Source of the DNA: Clostridium sp.
Lineage (GTDB): Bacteria; Bacillota; Clostridia; Clostridiales; Clostridiaceae
Length of the DNA: 52,191 bases
Direction: 5' to 3'
Assembly: GCA_024409095.1 (NCBI GenBank)
Contig: JAKSUK010000001.1
Coordinates: forward strand, 1-52,191
The position numbers and the translations under genes were made by a program. Each line of letters opens with the position of its first letter. The first letter of the stretch is position 1. Below the pieces are notes generated by a model, which saw only the letters and a list, made by a program, of their open reading frames with translations, had not been told where the DNA came from and did not search any database. Shown here one piece after another: positions 28,577-39,519 of this stretch.

Positions 28577-29119
28577 TTAGTATTTTTGAATTACTGGATC
28601 TGGATAATCAGGATGAACTCCGAATATTGCTTTTAAATGAAATTCATTTATATCTGGAATTTTAAAATTAAATGCATATGTGTTTGTTCCTAGTGTTGTA
28701 GTATCACCAATATTTTCAAAAGTAAAGTCAACATTAAAAACACGATTCATTCTATTGTTTTGTTTAAATCTAAATCTAATTATATATGGGGGTAATTCCA
28801 TATTGTTTTTTAAATTTTTAAGCAATACAAGAAACTCTTCTGGAAATAAATAAGTAATATCAGTTCCACTTGGTATATTTTGGAATTCTGTAAGGTCTCC
28901 AAAATTAACATCTATTACAGCTGCTGAAGATGTGTTTGTACCTTCTATTAACAGCATCCAGTCATTACTGAATATTGTTGGTATTTCTGTTGTTTCTCTT
29001 AAACAACAATATAAATTATTATCATGTCTTACAACATGTAATCTTTGATATAAAGTTCCTTCAATATAATCTCCTAAAGGTATAAAACCTACATTACCTA
29101 TTGGTACTTGTGTACTCAT
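28577..29119 (-). CDS. Tail-associated hypothetical protein
   Basis: N-terminal GDYIEGTLYQRLHVV...DWMLL carbohydrate-binding-like motif typical of tail fibre modules; position in the tail cluster. Confidence 0.5.
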   Translation of the reverse strand: MSTQVPIGNVGFIPLGDYIEGTLYQRLHVVRHDNNLYCCLRETTEIPTIFSNDWMLLIEGTNTSSAAVIDVNFGDLTEFQNIPSGTDITYLFPEEFLVLLKNLKNNMELPPYIIRFRFKQNNRMNRVFNVDFTFENIGDTTTLGTNTYAFNFKIPDINEFHLKAIFGVHPDYPDPVIQKY

Positions 29120-29137
29120 AATTAATCATCTCCTTTT

Positions 29138-30409
29138 TTAGTTATTTAAAAAGCTTATACTCCAACCTTTATTATTAGCTATAGTTATATACTCCTCTGT
29201 AATAAAGTTTTGTAAATTAGAATGAAAATTAACATATAAAGATGAAGTTGTGTCTATTGGTATTGGTGTACTTCGTTTACTATTTACATCGTACAAATCA
29301 TCTATAATATTTAAAGCACACTCTAAAGTTAAACAACGACAATAAGATAGATTTAAATTATATTTATCAAAAAGAGTTGTGGAGTCTGTAATTGGGTATG
29401 ATTTACCTAAATTTTTAAATCCACTAATATAAGATAAACCTGGACAGTTGAAAGGTATATATGAAGAAGTAGTACCTGTTTGCATAGCTGTTGCATTGCC
29501 ACAATCTGTTAAATATAAACTTTTTAAACTACCACAATTATTACATATTCCATTGAAATTTTGTAGATTAGATGTATTTAATTTAACAGAGACTAAAGCT
29601 GAGCAGCCTTGAAACATATTATAAACTGTTTGTGGGCTTGCTAGTTCCATATCTACATATTCTAAACTTTGACAATACTGAAACATTTGATTTGCATTTG
29701 TTAATGAATTTGTTCTTGTTTTCATTTCAAAACGTTTTAGACTATAACAGCAAAAAAACATATACTGAGTGCTTGTTACGTTTTGAAAATCAAAGTCAGG
29801 AGCTTGTTTTAATGAAGTACAGTTATAAAACATATTTGAAAAATTAGTGGCTTTACTTGTATCAAAATTAGGTACTGCTTTAAGACTTGTACATCCATAA
29901 AACATTCTTGAAAAATCTGTTATGTTTTTTGTATTGAATTTAGGAACTGTAATAAGAGATGAACTACTTTCAAATACAGTTGAAAGACTCTTTACAGAAG
30001 ATGCTATATTGAATTTAGGAATAGTTATAGCACTATAATTATACCTAAAATGAGTTGCAGGTGTAGATGTTGTTATATTTGAGTAACCTATAAATCTACA
30101 TGTTCTATTACCATAACAAGAAACGGGTTTATTATATGTTTGTGCTAATTCATAATCTAAATCTGTTAAAACATATACATCATTATATTCTTCATCCCAA
30201 TCAACTACAGAATTATACCATGCTATTGTTTCTTCATCATAACCTAAACTTCTTAAACCTTCTACATCTAAAGAACCTGTATATTTCTTTTCTGAAGGGA
30301 TATTAACTATCTCTTCAGCAAAATCTTCAGGATGTATTAAATCTGTTTTACCTGTTTTAGTTCTGATAGCATCAGCTATATTTTTAAATATTGTAGCTAA
30401 AGTTGACAT
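29138..30409 (-). CDS. DUF285/BspA-like leucine-rich repeat protein, probable receptor-binding protein
   Basis: Repeats of the type FDTSKATNFSNMFYNCTSLKQAP; N-terminal IADAIRTKTG; C-terminal IANNKGWSI. Confidence 0.8.
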   Translation of the reverse strand: MSTLATIFKNIADAIRTKTGKTDLIHPEDFAEEIVNIPSEKKYTGSLDVEGLRSLGYDEETIAWYNSVVDWDEEYNDVYVLTDLDYELAQTYNKPVSCYGNRTCRFIGYSNITTSTPATHFRYNYSAITIPKFNIASSVKSLSTVFESSSSLITVPKFNTKNITDFSRMFYGCTSLKAVPNFDTSKATNFSNMFYNCTSLKQAPDFDFQNVTSTQYMFFCCYSLKRFEMKTRTNSLTNANQMFQYCQSLEYVDMELASPQTVYNMFQGCSALVSVKLNTSNLQNFNGICNNCGSLKSLYLTDCGNATAMQTGTTSSYIPFNCPGLSYISGFKNLGKSYPITDSTTLFDKYNLNLSYCRCLTLECALNIIDDLYDVNSKRSTPIPIDTTSSLYVNFHSNLQNFITEEYITIANNKGWSISFLNN

Positions 30410-31128
30410 TAATATGCACCTCCTACTACATCTATTACATTCTCTCTAATGACTTGGTCTATATAAGCTTTAGTAGCAACGTTACCTATAATCTGAGAAT
30501 TACCTGTTGTTGTCTCAACACACAATGTTCCATTATCATCTAAAGTAAACCATAGTTGTCTGAAGTCATCAGCATAATGTGCTACTAATTGCATACTATC
30601 ATCTACTTCAAATGTAACAAAATAAGATTCTCCTACAGGTCCTTGAGGTCCTTCAGGTCCTATTTCACCTTGAATACCTTGGATACCTTGTTCTCCTTGG
30701 ATACCTTGAATACCTTGTTCACCTTTAAGTCCTTGAGGTCCTGTATCGCCTTGTTCACCTTTAAGTCCTTGAGGTCCTTGAGGACCTACATCACCTTGTA
30801 CACCTTGTTCACCTTTCATTGTGAATTGTTCAACCCAACTATTTTGTATCTTTTTATAAACCTTTTCATTAACAACATCTAAATAAAAGTCACCTTCTAA
30901 ACCTACTTGAAAATCTGGGTTTCCATTTCCTGAATACCAATCTCTAAGTTCATGTTTTTCTTTATTGAAGTAACGATCATCATGATTGTGTGAATCAAAA
31001 TCAATTATATCTTTAATTTCATGATCATGGATTTTATCAGCTTTACCTCTGATCATAGATATTAATTTATCTATAATATCTTTTCCAGGCATTCTACCAT
31101 GCCATATAGTATTATCACCATGTAACAT
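30409..31128 (-). CDS. Collagen-like tail fibre protein
   Basis: About 20 G-X-Y triplets (GEQGIQGIQ...); HxH (HDHE, HNHDDRY) motifs. Confidence 0.85.
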   Translation of the reverse strand: MLHGDNTIWHGRMPGKDIIDKLISMIRGKADKIHDHEIKDIIDFDSHNHDDRYFNKEKHELRDWYSGNGNPDFQVGLEGDFYLDVVNEKVYKKIQNSWVEQFTMKGEQGVQGDVGPQGPQGLKGEQGDTGPQGLKGEQGIQGIQGEQGIQGIQGEIGPEGPQGPVGESYFVTFEVDDSMQLVAHYADDFRQLWFTLDDNGTLCVETTTGNSQIIGNVATKAYIDQVIRENVIDVVGGAY

Positions 31129-31139
31129 ATCTTACCTCC

Positions 31140-33038
31140 TTATGAACGTCTCCACGTTCCGTTTATTTTTACATATGGTATACATCTTTTCCAAGTACCA
31201 TTAACTTTATAAAATACTGTACCACGTCTGAATGTGCCATTGACTTTTATATAGGCTCTTGTTATATCAGTTAAGCTTACAGCTTTATCAGAATCTGCAG
31301 CAATATAATTAACATTATATGATTTAAGTCTGAAGTAGATTACTGGATTACTTTCTTTAATAGTTTGATTTCTTATTGTATTTTGTTCTGTTTCTGAAAG
31401 TGTTAAAGTGTATTTACCATTGTTTAAAGTTATTTTACTTCTTCCAATTATTTCAGTATTATTATACACTATATAAAGGTTCATAGTACAATTAGCTTCA
31501 TTTTTTATATCTAAAGTTATTGAATTATTTATATTCCATGTTGAAGGTATATTACTAATTCTAGCTATATCTTTAGTTGTTGGGTATATATATGCATAAC
31601 TTTTTTCATTATTATATGCATTAACATGTTCTACTTGTACTACATATTTTGTTTTTATTTTTAGATTTGTAAAAGTATTTTTAGTATCCCAACTACTCCA
31701 AACTCCTGAATTGTCTACACCATATCTATATTTTGTTGAATAACTTGTAGCTCCTGAAGCAGAACTATTAACAGTTATAGTATCAGCTTTAAGGTCTGAT
31801 AACCACATTGTTGATGTTATTTTTTGTACAGTTCTTACTGTAAATGGATCTGATTCAACCCATTCAGCATAGTTCTTTTTATAAGTTCTAACTTTAAATG
31901 AATAAGTTTTATTAGGTGTTAAACCTGTTATAACCTTTTTAGGAGAACCTGTGATATTACTACTCCAGTTACCATTGTCAATTTTATATTGCCAATAAAG
32001 CCAATCAACATTAATATTCATGTTAATCTCAGCTTGATCTGAGTTATACTTTCTAGTAGCTTCTGGAGTTTGGTTACCTGTTATTGTAGCTTGTGTCCAG
32101 AATGTCCATGAATTACTGTTTTCCCAAGCACCACTATCATATCTACCTCTTATTTGTATTGTGTATTCTTTGGCACTTTCTAATCCTGTAATTGTAAAAT
32201 TACCTTTTGTTTTAGAACCATCCCAAGCTATTTGATTATTCCATCCATACCATTTCCAATCTCCACCATTAATTCTATATTGTTCCTCATAGTAGTGTGT
32301 TGTAGATTCTGCATAAAATGTCATTGAATTCTTTGTTCTAGATTTATAAGTAATGTTTATTGCTGAAGGTTTTGTTCTAATTTGTATAGGTGAAGACCAG
32401 TCACTCCATGTATTATTGGATGCTCTTAATAATTTAAGTCTTACTGAATAACCTGTATATGGCTTTAAATTATACACAGTAAAACCACCACTTGTAGCAT
32501 ATATATTACTTTGACCTACTTGTTCACTTTGACCTTCTATTAAATAATTTACTTGTTTTACATTGTCTGTAGCTCCCCAACTAAAAGTTGCTGCAGTAAC
32601 TGAGACTGCTGAACAATATGCCCAATTAAATTTAACCCATCTGTCTACATTATCTAATTCAAAACGTTCATGTCCTGATACGTCTCCATTATAAATCCAA
32701 CCAGTAAGGTATACATCTAAAACTGCATTATTACCCCAATGATCATGAGGCACATCAAAATGACCTTCCATAACTTTAGTTCCATCATGTAGTTGTACTT
32801 TATCATTAACATTTGGTAATGTTGTGTTATTTATTGTACCTGTAACTCTAATATTGTAACAAGCATGCCAGTCTGTTTGTACAGTACCAGGTCTTCCACG
32901 ACCTTCAACTTTATAATAAATTCTTGACCAACAACCGTTTTCATTATCAATTATTGCTTCTCTCCACCATATAAATTGAAGGTTGTGTTGTTTACTATCT
33001 CCTCTGGCTCCTGTATCAAATTGTCCACTTGTAGCCAT
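31140..33038 (-). CDS. Fibronectin type III repeat virion protein
   Basis: Repeated FN3-like motifs NLKPYTGYSVRL, GLESAKEYTIQIR, GLTPNKTYSFKVR, NLKIKTKYVVQV; C-terminal YVKINGTWR. Confidence 0.8.
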   Translation of the reverse strand: MATSGQFDTGARGDSKQHNLQFIWWREAIIDNENGCWSRIYYKVEGRGRPGTVQTDWHACYNIRVTGTINNTTLPNVNDKVQLHDGTKVMEGHFDVPHDHWGNNAVLDVYLTGWIYNGDVSGHERFELDNVDRWVKFNWAYCSAVSVTAATFSWGATDNVKQVNYLIEGQSEQVGQSNIYATSGGFTVYNLKPYTGYSVRLKLLRASNNTWSDWSSPIQIRTKPSAINITYKSRTKNSMTFYAESTTHYYEEQYRINGGDWKWYGWNNQIAWDGSKTKGNFTITGLESAKEYTIQIRGRYDSGAWENSNSWTFWTQATITGNQTPEATRKYNSDQAEINMNINVDWLYWQYKIDNGNWSSNITGSPKKVITGLTPNKTYSFKVRTYKKNYAEWVESDPFTVRTVQKITSTMWLSDLKADTITVNSSASGATSYSTKYRYGVDNSGVWSSWDTKNTFTNLKIKTKYVVQVEHVNAYNNEKSYAYIYPTTKDIARISNIPSTWNINNSITLDIKNEANCTMNLYIVYNNTEIIGRSKITLNNGKYTLTLSETEQNTIRNQTIKESNPVIYFRLKSYNVNYIAADSDKAVSLTDITRAYIKVNGTFRRGTVFYKVNGTWKRCIPYVKINGTWRRS

Positions 33039-33050
33039 TTAATCACCACC

Positions 33051-33611
33051 TTACACGTATTGTAAGTAAACGTCTCCGTCTACTCCACCTGAAGGTGCTG
33101 CAGTTCCTGAAAGGATTTTATTTTGTTTAGCTGCTAAAGCTATTTTAACTGCATTTACTGAAGGAACTTTATTAGTTTCTGTTCCAGTTGTATTTTGTGT
33201 AATACTTCCTTGTGTAAGAATGTTTACACCATTAATAGTAATACCTTTAGTGATATTAATATTATTCATAAGTTTATCACCTGTAATAGAACCATCAGGT
33301 ATTTGTCCTAATACAACTTGGTCTAATTGATCTCTTAAAGTTCTTAAAGCATCATTAACATTTGTACAACCTTCTAATCCTGGTATAGGATCTATACCTA
33401 CTAATTTAGATCCTGAGTTTCCAGCTTCTGTAGAACCTAAATCTGTTAGAGTTACTCTATCATTATAAGATGCATTTAAGTACTCACTGATAGTGTTTAA
33501 ACCATTTCTAAGTAATAACATTATTTGATTCCATTCATCAGCTGTTACAATACCTCTAGCTTTCTCTGTTGGATCATAAGCTATCTTTGGAAATCTATAA
33601 GTTTCTGCCAT
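33051..33611 (-). CDS. Tail/adaptor fibre protein
   Basis: IPDGSITGDKL and GTAAPSGGVDGDVYLQY motifs common in tail proteins. Confidence 0.6.
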   Translation of the reverse strand: MAETYRFPKIAYDPTEKARGIVTADEWNQIMLLLRNGLNTISEYLNASYNDRVTLTDLGSTEAGNSGSKLVGIDPIPGLEGCTNVNDALRTLRDQLDQVVLGQIPDGSITGDKLMNNINITKGITINGVNILTQGSITQNTTGTETNKVPSVNAVKIALAAKQNKILSGTAAPSGGVDGDVYLQYV

Positions 33612-33623
33612 ATAATATACCTC

Positions 33624-36479
33624 CTATCTAGAATATAAATTACGGAATACCCAGTTTATATTAAGTATTTCATAATCTTCTTGATCTGTATTTAATATCT
33701 TTAATCTTGGTGTATATCCTTTACCAGATACTGGAAATCTTGTTTTCCAAAATACTGTTTCTGGGAAACTTGATACGTCTAATTTCCATAAATTTTTATC
33801 ATATATTTGTTCATCAGGATTATGTTCGTACTCTATAGAAACATTAGATGTATCTACATCAGGTATTATTTCACGCTCATTAACACTATTGAAAGATTCA
33901 GATGTACCTAACATAGGTGTTAATATAGGGCTTATACCTAATCTAGCTGTTATACCTGTAGGTGTTGTATTTTGTCTAGTTACTGGTATTAAAGGTGTTG
34001 CACCTAGAACTGTAGAGCCTGGCACATATTTACCTTCTTTTTCAGTATATACTTTTTCATATACAATCTCACCGTATCTAACATCTTCAGGATCTACAAT
34101 AATTCTAGTCTCATAATGACCATCCATTTGTCTTTCATAACCATCTATCATAAATTTAGTATAGAATTTTAAATCTACTTGAGATGTGTTATTTAATTTA
34201 AATTGTAGCTCTCTAAATCTCTTCTTAAAGTCTGAGTTATGCTCTCTATAACCTGTATCAATATATTGATAATTTTTATAAACAAGTTGTTTAAAGTATA
34301 AACCTTCTACGTCATCATTATAATTTGATCTATCTTTTATTTGAAAATCTTGTCGATTATTGTTATATTTTAAAAACTGTAATCCAAAACGTAAGTTATC
34401 AAAAGCGTCTATACCAAATAATTTTGTTAAGTATATATTAACGTCTGCTACGTCTATTTTATACGTTCTAATTAAATCCTCGCTTTGAATAATATAACTA
34501 TACCAATATCTTGTAGCTATATTATATATTAAATAAAAATTAATATATAGGTTATTACTTGTTTTAAATGTATAAACATTATAAACATTTTTATAATCAA
34601 CATGGTTTCTGAAGTCTACAAGATTATATGCTAATGGATTATCATACATTTCTTTAAAAATATCTTTAACAGAATCATCAAAAGCATCTAATAAGTTTTC
34701 AATATTATTTGAAATAGGTGCTACAGTTAATCCTGTTACTGAAGAGGTATTTGGTACAACCATATAAAAATAATTGCTTGATTTAAAGAACACCATGTTC
34801 TTAATTATTTTTATAAACTGTGTATCACACTCTCTAATATTAAGATTCTTTTGTAGACATTGTTCTGTCCAAGAATCTCCTGTGTTATCTTGTGTAACTC
34901 TGTAGATTGCACTTGTTGTAAATACTAATAAGTAATCTAAGTAAGGTACACATTTAATAACTGTTTCATTAAATAATGATACGTTTCTTGGATATGGGAA
35001 CCATGCAGGATTGTTAGGTTCTGAATAAAACACCATGTTAGGTGCTTTATCTGGAGCATAAGCACATAGTCTTTGTCCCCAAGTTACTAAACCTTTACAA
35101 GTACTTAAATCATAATTAATGCATTCATTATTTTGTACTGAGTCATCATATGTTTCACTAAACTTAATGTTGTATAACATTGCATTACTAGCTATATAAC
35201 TGAATTCATCAGTTTTTTCCATGTTTGTTCCAACCCATCTATATAGTGTATCAGCATCATCAGCTCTTTGATATTTCTCTGAAGTTCTTGGATAAACACC
35301 GTCATCCCAAGCACCATTACTATAAGTGAATATTCGTCTTCTATCATCATCATAATATTTATCTCCATTCGCAGGGTTCTTAGGTGCTGAGCCAAATGTT
35401 TTTAAACGTACTATATTAGCATTTGGTTCATGTGGAAAACATTGAACTCTTAATATTACAGAATAGTCTGCGAAGTTTGTATCTAATTCCATAGCTCTTG
35501 GGGTAGCTTCTGAGAAAGTAAATACTTCTTCTTTAAGTAATTTAAATGTATCATCAACAGGTGTTTTCCATTCCCAAACTACTTTATATTTTTGATTTCT
35601 TGCTGTAGAATAGTTCATTCTATATTTATAATTACCTTGTATATAGTTTGGTGTACATTGTTTTCCTGTAGTTTTATCAATAGCGTATATTCCCATAAAT
35701 TGTAAAGAAGAACTATTATAATCATCTACAAAGCTATAAGGATCTTCCATTAACATATTATACATAGCAAGTCTTGCATTATAAGCATTTATATTTTGAG
35801 GAGCTAACACTTGGAAAGTATAGTGTTTTACTGGATTTTGTGTTAATGTAGTAAACACTAATTCTACTTTTTTAGTTGTCTTATGACGTCTGAAACAATA
35901 AAATTTAGATAAACCTTCTGCTGTTAATCTTGTTCCTATTATATCTGCTAATGTACTTGTATCTTCTAATTCTATATTGTGTATATCTGCTTCATTAGGA
36001 CATTTAAAAAAGAAATCATAATCTGAAAAATCTTCTACATAAGTTTCATAATCTGGTAAATCTAATTTATCAAATAATCTAATTTCTTTTTGTATAGGTA
36101 ATACTGTTACTAATTTTACATTACCAATTTTAATAACGTCTGAATTACTAATTACTGGTTTTCCTAAAATTATTTGTCTATAAGTATTACCATCTTCTTC
36201 TGCTATTTCTGCTGCATCCATTATATTATAATTTTTTAAATCTTCATAAGATGTGCTAGAAATATTTTCTGCGTATTCAAATACTCTTAAACCTTTTCTA
36301 GGTGTTATAGAAGTTCCGTCAGAACTTAAATCCATATTAACTATGTTTCTTACAAAGCCTGTATCTAAAGGTTTTGTAACATAGTTCATTCCTGAAGCAA
36401 AGGAATCATCACTGTATTGTATTCTACGTTGTCTGTTAAACGTTTTGAATTGTTGTGTTTTACGTTTTTCATATGCCAT
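33624..36479 (-). CDS. Podovirus tail nozzle/tubular B-like stabilisation protein
   Basis: 951-aa beta-rich protein (FASGMN...NMDL...PRKG; VFYSEPNNP); position after the adaptor. Confidence 0.6.
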   Translation of the reverse strand: MAYEKRKTQQFKTFNRQRRIQYSDDSFASGMNYVTKPLDTGFVRNIVNMDLSSDGTSITPRKGLRVFEYAENISSTSYEDLKNYNIMDAAEIAEEDGNTYRQIILGKPVISNSDVIKIGNVKLVTVLPIQKEIRLFDKLDLPDYETYVEDFSDYDFFFKCPNEADIHNIELEDTSTLADIIGTRLTAEGLSKFYCFRRHKTTKKVELVFTTLTQNPVKHYTFQVLAPQNINAYNARLAMYNMLMEDPYSFVDDYNSSSLQFMGIYAIDKTTGKQCTPNYIQGNYKYRMNYSTARNQKYKVVWEWKTPVDDTFKLLKEEVFTFSEATPRAMELDTNFADYSVILRVQCFPHEPNANIVRLKTFGSAPKNPANGDKYYDDDRRRIFTYSNGAWDDGVYPRTSEKYQRADDADTLYRWVGTNMEKTDEFSYIASNAMLYNIKFSETYDDSVQNNECINYDLSTCKGLVTWGQRLCAYAPDKAPNMVFYSEPNNPAWFPYPRNVSLFNETVIKCVPYLDYLLVFTTSAIYRVTQDNTGDSWTEQCLQKNLNIRECDTQFIKIIKNMVFFKSSNYFYMVVPNTSSVTGLTVAPISNNIENLLDAFDDSVKDIFKEMYDNPLAYNLVDFRNHVDYKNVYNVYTFKTSNNLYINFYLIYNIATRYWYSYIIQSEDLIRTYKIDVADVNIYLTKLFGIDAFDNLRFGLQFLKYNNNRQDFQIKDRSNYNDDVEGLYFKQLVYKNYQYIDTGYREHNSDFKKRFRELQFKLNNTSQVDLKFYTKFMIDGYERQMDGHYETRIIVDPEDVRYGEIVYEKVYTEKEGKYVPGSTVLGATPLIPVTRQNTTPTGITARLGISPILTPMLGTSESFNSVNEREIIPDVDTSNVSIEYEHNPDEQIYDKNLWKLDVSSFPETVFWKTRFPVSGKGYTPRLKILNTDQEDYEILNINWVFRNLYSR

Positions 36480-36490
36480 AAGTTACCTCC

Positions 36491-37024
36491 TTAAAACACT
36501 CCAAATGTTTCTGAGTCTCTTCTTAGTTTATGATAATAAAAAGGATCTGAGATAGCTCCTGTTAAATCATTTTGAAATTCGTAAGGTACTAAATCAATAT
36601 AATCACGTAGCATCTCAAATCTTGCCTTTTCATATTCTTGTTGGAATAAAGGTGCAGTAGATGCACCTTCTTCATCAACACTAAACCATTTATAAGCAGC
36701 TCCAGGTATTATAACTGAGCGTATATATTTTTCTGGGATAACATCATAATTATTATAAACTGCTGCTAAAGCATCCCAATCTACAATAATCTCTCCTTGG
36801 TCATCTCTGACAAAGTCTCCATTTTCATCATATTGTATATACTCTTCTAATTTATAATCTGGAAAGTCTACTCTATTAAATTCAGAAACAGTTGGAAATG
36901 TAGAGCTTAAATCAGCATTTATTTCATCTATAACTAAATCAAAATATGATACAACTTCTGAGAATTCAAACATCTCTCCTGCTAGTTTTTCATTAAATAA
37001 ATCTACCATTTTTTGTTTAAGCAT
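36491..37024 (-). CDS. Head-tail adaptor (tubular A-like)
   Basis: Size, helical character and position between capsid and nozzle genes. Confidence 0.5.
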   Translation of the reverse strand: MLKQKMVDLFNEKLAGEMFEFSEVVSYFDLVIDEINADLSSTFPTVSEFNRVDFPDYKLEEYIQYDENGDFVRDDQGEIIVDWDALAAVYNNYDVIPEKYIRSVIIPGAAYKWFSVDEEGASTAPLFQQEYEKARFEMLRDYIDLVPYEFQNDLTGAISDPFYYHKLRRDSETFGVF

Positions 37025-37046
37025 TCTACATTACCTCCTTATATTA

Positions 37047-37778
37047 TTAAGCTTCTTCTTCCCATCTGTCAGAAACATATGAACCTGTTATATTACGTTT
37101 ATTTGGGTCAAATTTAATATACACTTTGTTATTTACTTCTGTAACATTTAAAGAAAAGTTATGAGAACTTAACACATTCTCACCTTCCTTTAAATATGCA
37201 GTGCATAATGCCCCAATTAAATTTGATGTAACAGTATATTCAGTGTATGATCTATTAGATAAATTAACTAGTTGAACACCTTCTTTAGTTTCTATTGACA
37301 TATTAAGTCCACGTTCACCTAGAGTTACTACTGCTTCTTCTGTTTCATCATAAGCACCAAAATCGATATTAAAACTTTCTATAGGTGCATCTCCACCTTC
37401 TGAAGCTCCTCTATTTTTTATTTTTTTATCCATTTCTTGTTCTGCGATTAAAGTGTTAGATGCTGCTAGTATTGAGTCTTTAGCAAAATATGCTGTTGGG
37501 TTTGTTTCAACATTTAATTCATTACCTGTTATTTTTTTAGCTTCTCTGATGTCCATTCCTTCATCATTAATACCCATATAGTTTGTATTATGAACTTCAC
37601 CTGATACTTGTGTAGGTAATACATCTGTTACTTTTTTATACCCTAATTGAGCATCAGAGCTGATGTTAGAAGGATGTTCTGCTGTACCTGGTACTATTGT
37701 GTTTACTTTAGTTCCTAAGTTTTTAGATGGAGTTATGTTTGTATTTTTTAATCCTGAAACTTGTGTATTTACTTTCAT
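37047..37778 (-). CDS. Hypothetical virion protein
   Basis: ORF with RBS in the structural operon. Confidence 0.6.
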   Translation of the reverse strand: MKVNTQVSGLKNTNITPSKNLGTKVNTIVPGTAEHPSNISSDAQLGYKKVTDVLPTQVSGEVHNTNYMGINDEGMDIREAKKITGNELNVETNPTAYFAKDSILAASNTLIAEQEMDKKIKNRGASEGGDAPIESFNIDFGAYDETEEAVVTLGERGLNMSIETKEGVQLVNLSNRSYTEYTVTSNLIGALCTAYLKEGENVLSSHNFSLNVTEVNNKVYIKFDPNKRNITGSYVSDRWEEEA

Positions 37779-37802
37779 ATTATCATTCCTTTCTAAATAA
37801 AA

Positions 37803-37829
37803 ATAGAGGTAAGTGTTACCTTACCTCTA
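37803..37829 (-). terminator. Intrinsic terminator downstream of the capsid genes
   Basis: TAGAGGTAAG/CTTACCTCTA stem followed by a U-tract on the minus strand. Confidence 0.75.
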
Positions 37830-37842
37830 CATTTATAATTCA

Positions 37843-38232
37843 TTAAAATAAGCTTAACGAACCTGCTGAACCTTTGTCTTCGTTTTCATTGACTGCAGCC
37901 ATTCTTTTTTGTTTTCTTTCAATATTGTCAATATTGCGTCTGCGTCTTTCAATTTCATCGGCAAAAGTGGCTGGTATTACTTGTTTAGAACCATCTACTG
38001 GGAATCTAATGCTGACACCATTAATAGTAACAGTCATCACATTTCCAAAGTGTGGTCTATACATTGGTGAAACATAAGTAGCAACTTGAGGTTCACTTTT
38101 GTAATATTTAATTAATTCTTTTCTACGAGCTGAAGCTTGTACTATTTCTCTATTTTGCATAGCCATAGCTGCTTCAGCTGTAGTAATATTTATTGTTTCA
38201 TTTATTGGTTGTGCGTTTTTATTTGCTGCCAT
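37843..38232 (-). CDS. Hypothetical protein following the major capsid
   Basis: RBS AAGGAGGG. Confidence 0.7.
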   Translation of the reverse strand: MAANKNAQPINETINITTAEAAMAMQNREIVQASARRKELIKYYKSEPQVATYVSPMYRPHFGNVMTVTINGVSIRFPVDGSKQVIPATFADEIERRRRNIDNIERKQKRMAAVNENEDKGSAGSLSLF

Positions 38233-38253
38233 TATAGCAACCCTCCTTATTTA

Positions 38254-39489
38254 TTAAAGAGCATTTAATTGGCTAGGTACGCAAATATAATCAACAACTG
38301 CTTCTAATCTTGTAGAACCAAATCCAACTGAGTTGATTTTGAATCCTATAGATTGTCTTTGATCGATTGGATCTAAGACACCAGCACTTCCTTTTTCTTT
38401 AACATACATTTTAGCTGATTCTTCACCAGTTAATCCTGATTTTGTTAAAGCATCTTTACCAACAACTAATACGTGTTGAGCTTTGAATTCTGTCCAAGCT
38501 CCTGCTGTTTCGATGTCTCCTTGTCCTGCATTGTATGCATCTAAATCCCAGATTCTTTGATTTGGAATATAAGAAGCATTGTCTCCAGTTCTAACATCTT
38601 TAACGTATCCAGATTCAACTTTGAATACTTTTTCACCAGATACCATTGTATCTTCGTCAATTGTAGCATATTCATAGTCGTTTGTTGTTGCGTTAAATCT
38701 ATAAATTCTTAATGCTTGTTTACCATCTTTGATGAATTCTCCTGTTGTTGGAGTTAAGAAACTCTCATAGAATTCCATATCAAACATAGGAACTAACATA
38801 CTGTTTTCATACATTGTTTTAGTTGTATTGTTGATTGTCATGTATTTTTCTACGATTGGGTCTGAGATCATATCATAGAAGAATTCTGGACTTGCGATTA
38901 CATGGAATTTACCATTAGCTCTTGGTTTAACCAATGCTTTCTTTAATGATAAAACGATTAATCTTAAATCTACCATTCTTGGTTTAGAATCTACAGTTAA
39001 TCCTTCGAAGTTTTTAGCTGCTCCTGCAAAGTATGCATTTGCTATAGATAATAAAGTATCTTTAGCTAATAAGTCTAAAGTTTCCATAGCTACTAAAGTA
39101 TATTCTTTAGTATAATGTGCAATTACTGGATCTACTACTCTGAAGTCTACTTTATCAGTAAATTCCATGTATCTACCATATTGGTAAGCAGTAATTTCAT
39201 ATTTTTCTACAGATCCTTTATCTGACATAGGTGGGATACCTTCTTCTAATGGTTCTGTGTGAGCTTGTAATGGAGCCCATCTTCTAATCATAATTTTATC
39301 AGCTTTTTCTTGTATTGGTGCTGCATCTGCCAATCTATAATATACATAGTCTGAAGCATCATATCTAATAGTATCTAATAATTGTTTTGAATAAAATACT
39401 TCTGGGTTGATTACTCCAGGTCCTGCGTTTTGAGCCATTTCAACATAAGAGTTGATGTCTGCTCTTGAATTTAATTTTAAATCAGGCAT
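38254..39489 (-). CDS. Major capsid protein (N4-gp56-like HK97 fold)
   Basis: PLEEGIPP, QYGRY..FTD and DPIDQRQSIGFK motifs; follows portal and scaffold; highly biased codon usage. Confidence 0.85.
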   Translation of the reverse strand: MPDLKLNSRADINSYVEMAQNAGPGVINPEVFYSKQLLDTIRYDASDYVYYRLADAAPIQEKADKIMIRRWAPLQAHTEPLEEGIPPMSDKGSVEKYEITAYQYGRYMEFTDKVDFRVVDPVIAHYTKEYTLVAMETLDLLAKDTLLSIANAYFAGAAKNFEGLTVDSKPRMVDLRLIVLSLKKALVKPRANGKFHVIASPEFFYDMISDPIVEKYMTINNTTKTMYENSMLVPMFDMEFYESFLTPTTGEFIKDGKQALRIYRFNATTNDYEYATIDEDTMVSGEKVFKVESGYVKDVRTGDNASYIPNQRIWDLDAYNAGQGDIETAGAWTEFKAQHVLVVGKDALTKSGLTGEESAKMYVKEKGSAGVLDPIDQRQSIGFKINSVGFGSTRLEAVVDYICVPSQLNAL

Positions 39490-39519
39490 GTTCTTTCATC
39501 TCCTTAAAAAATATTTGAT

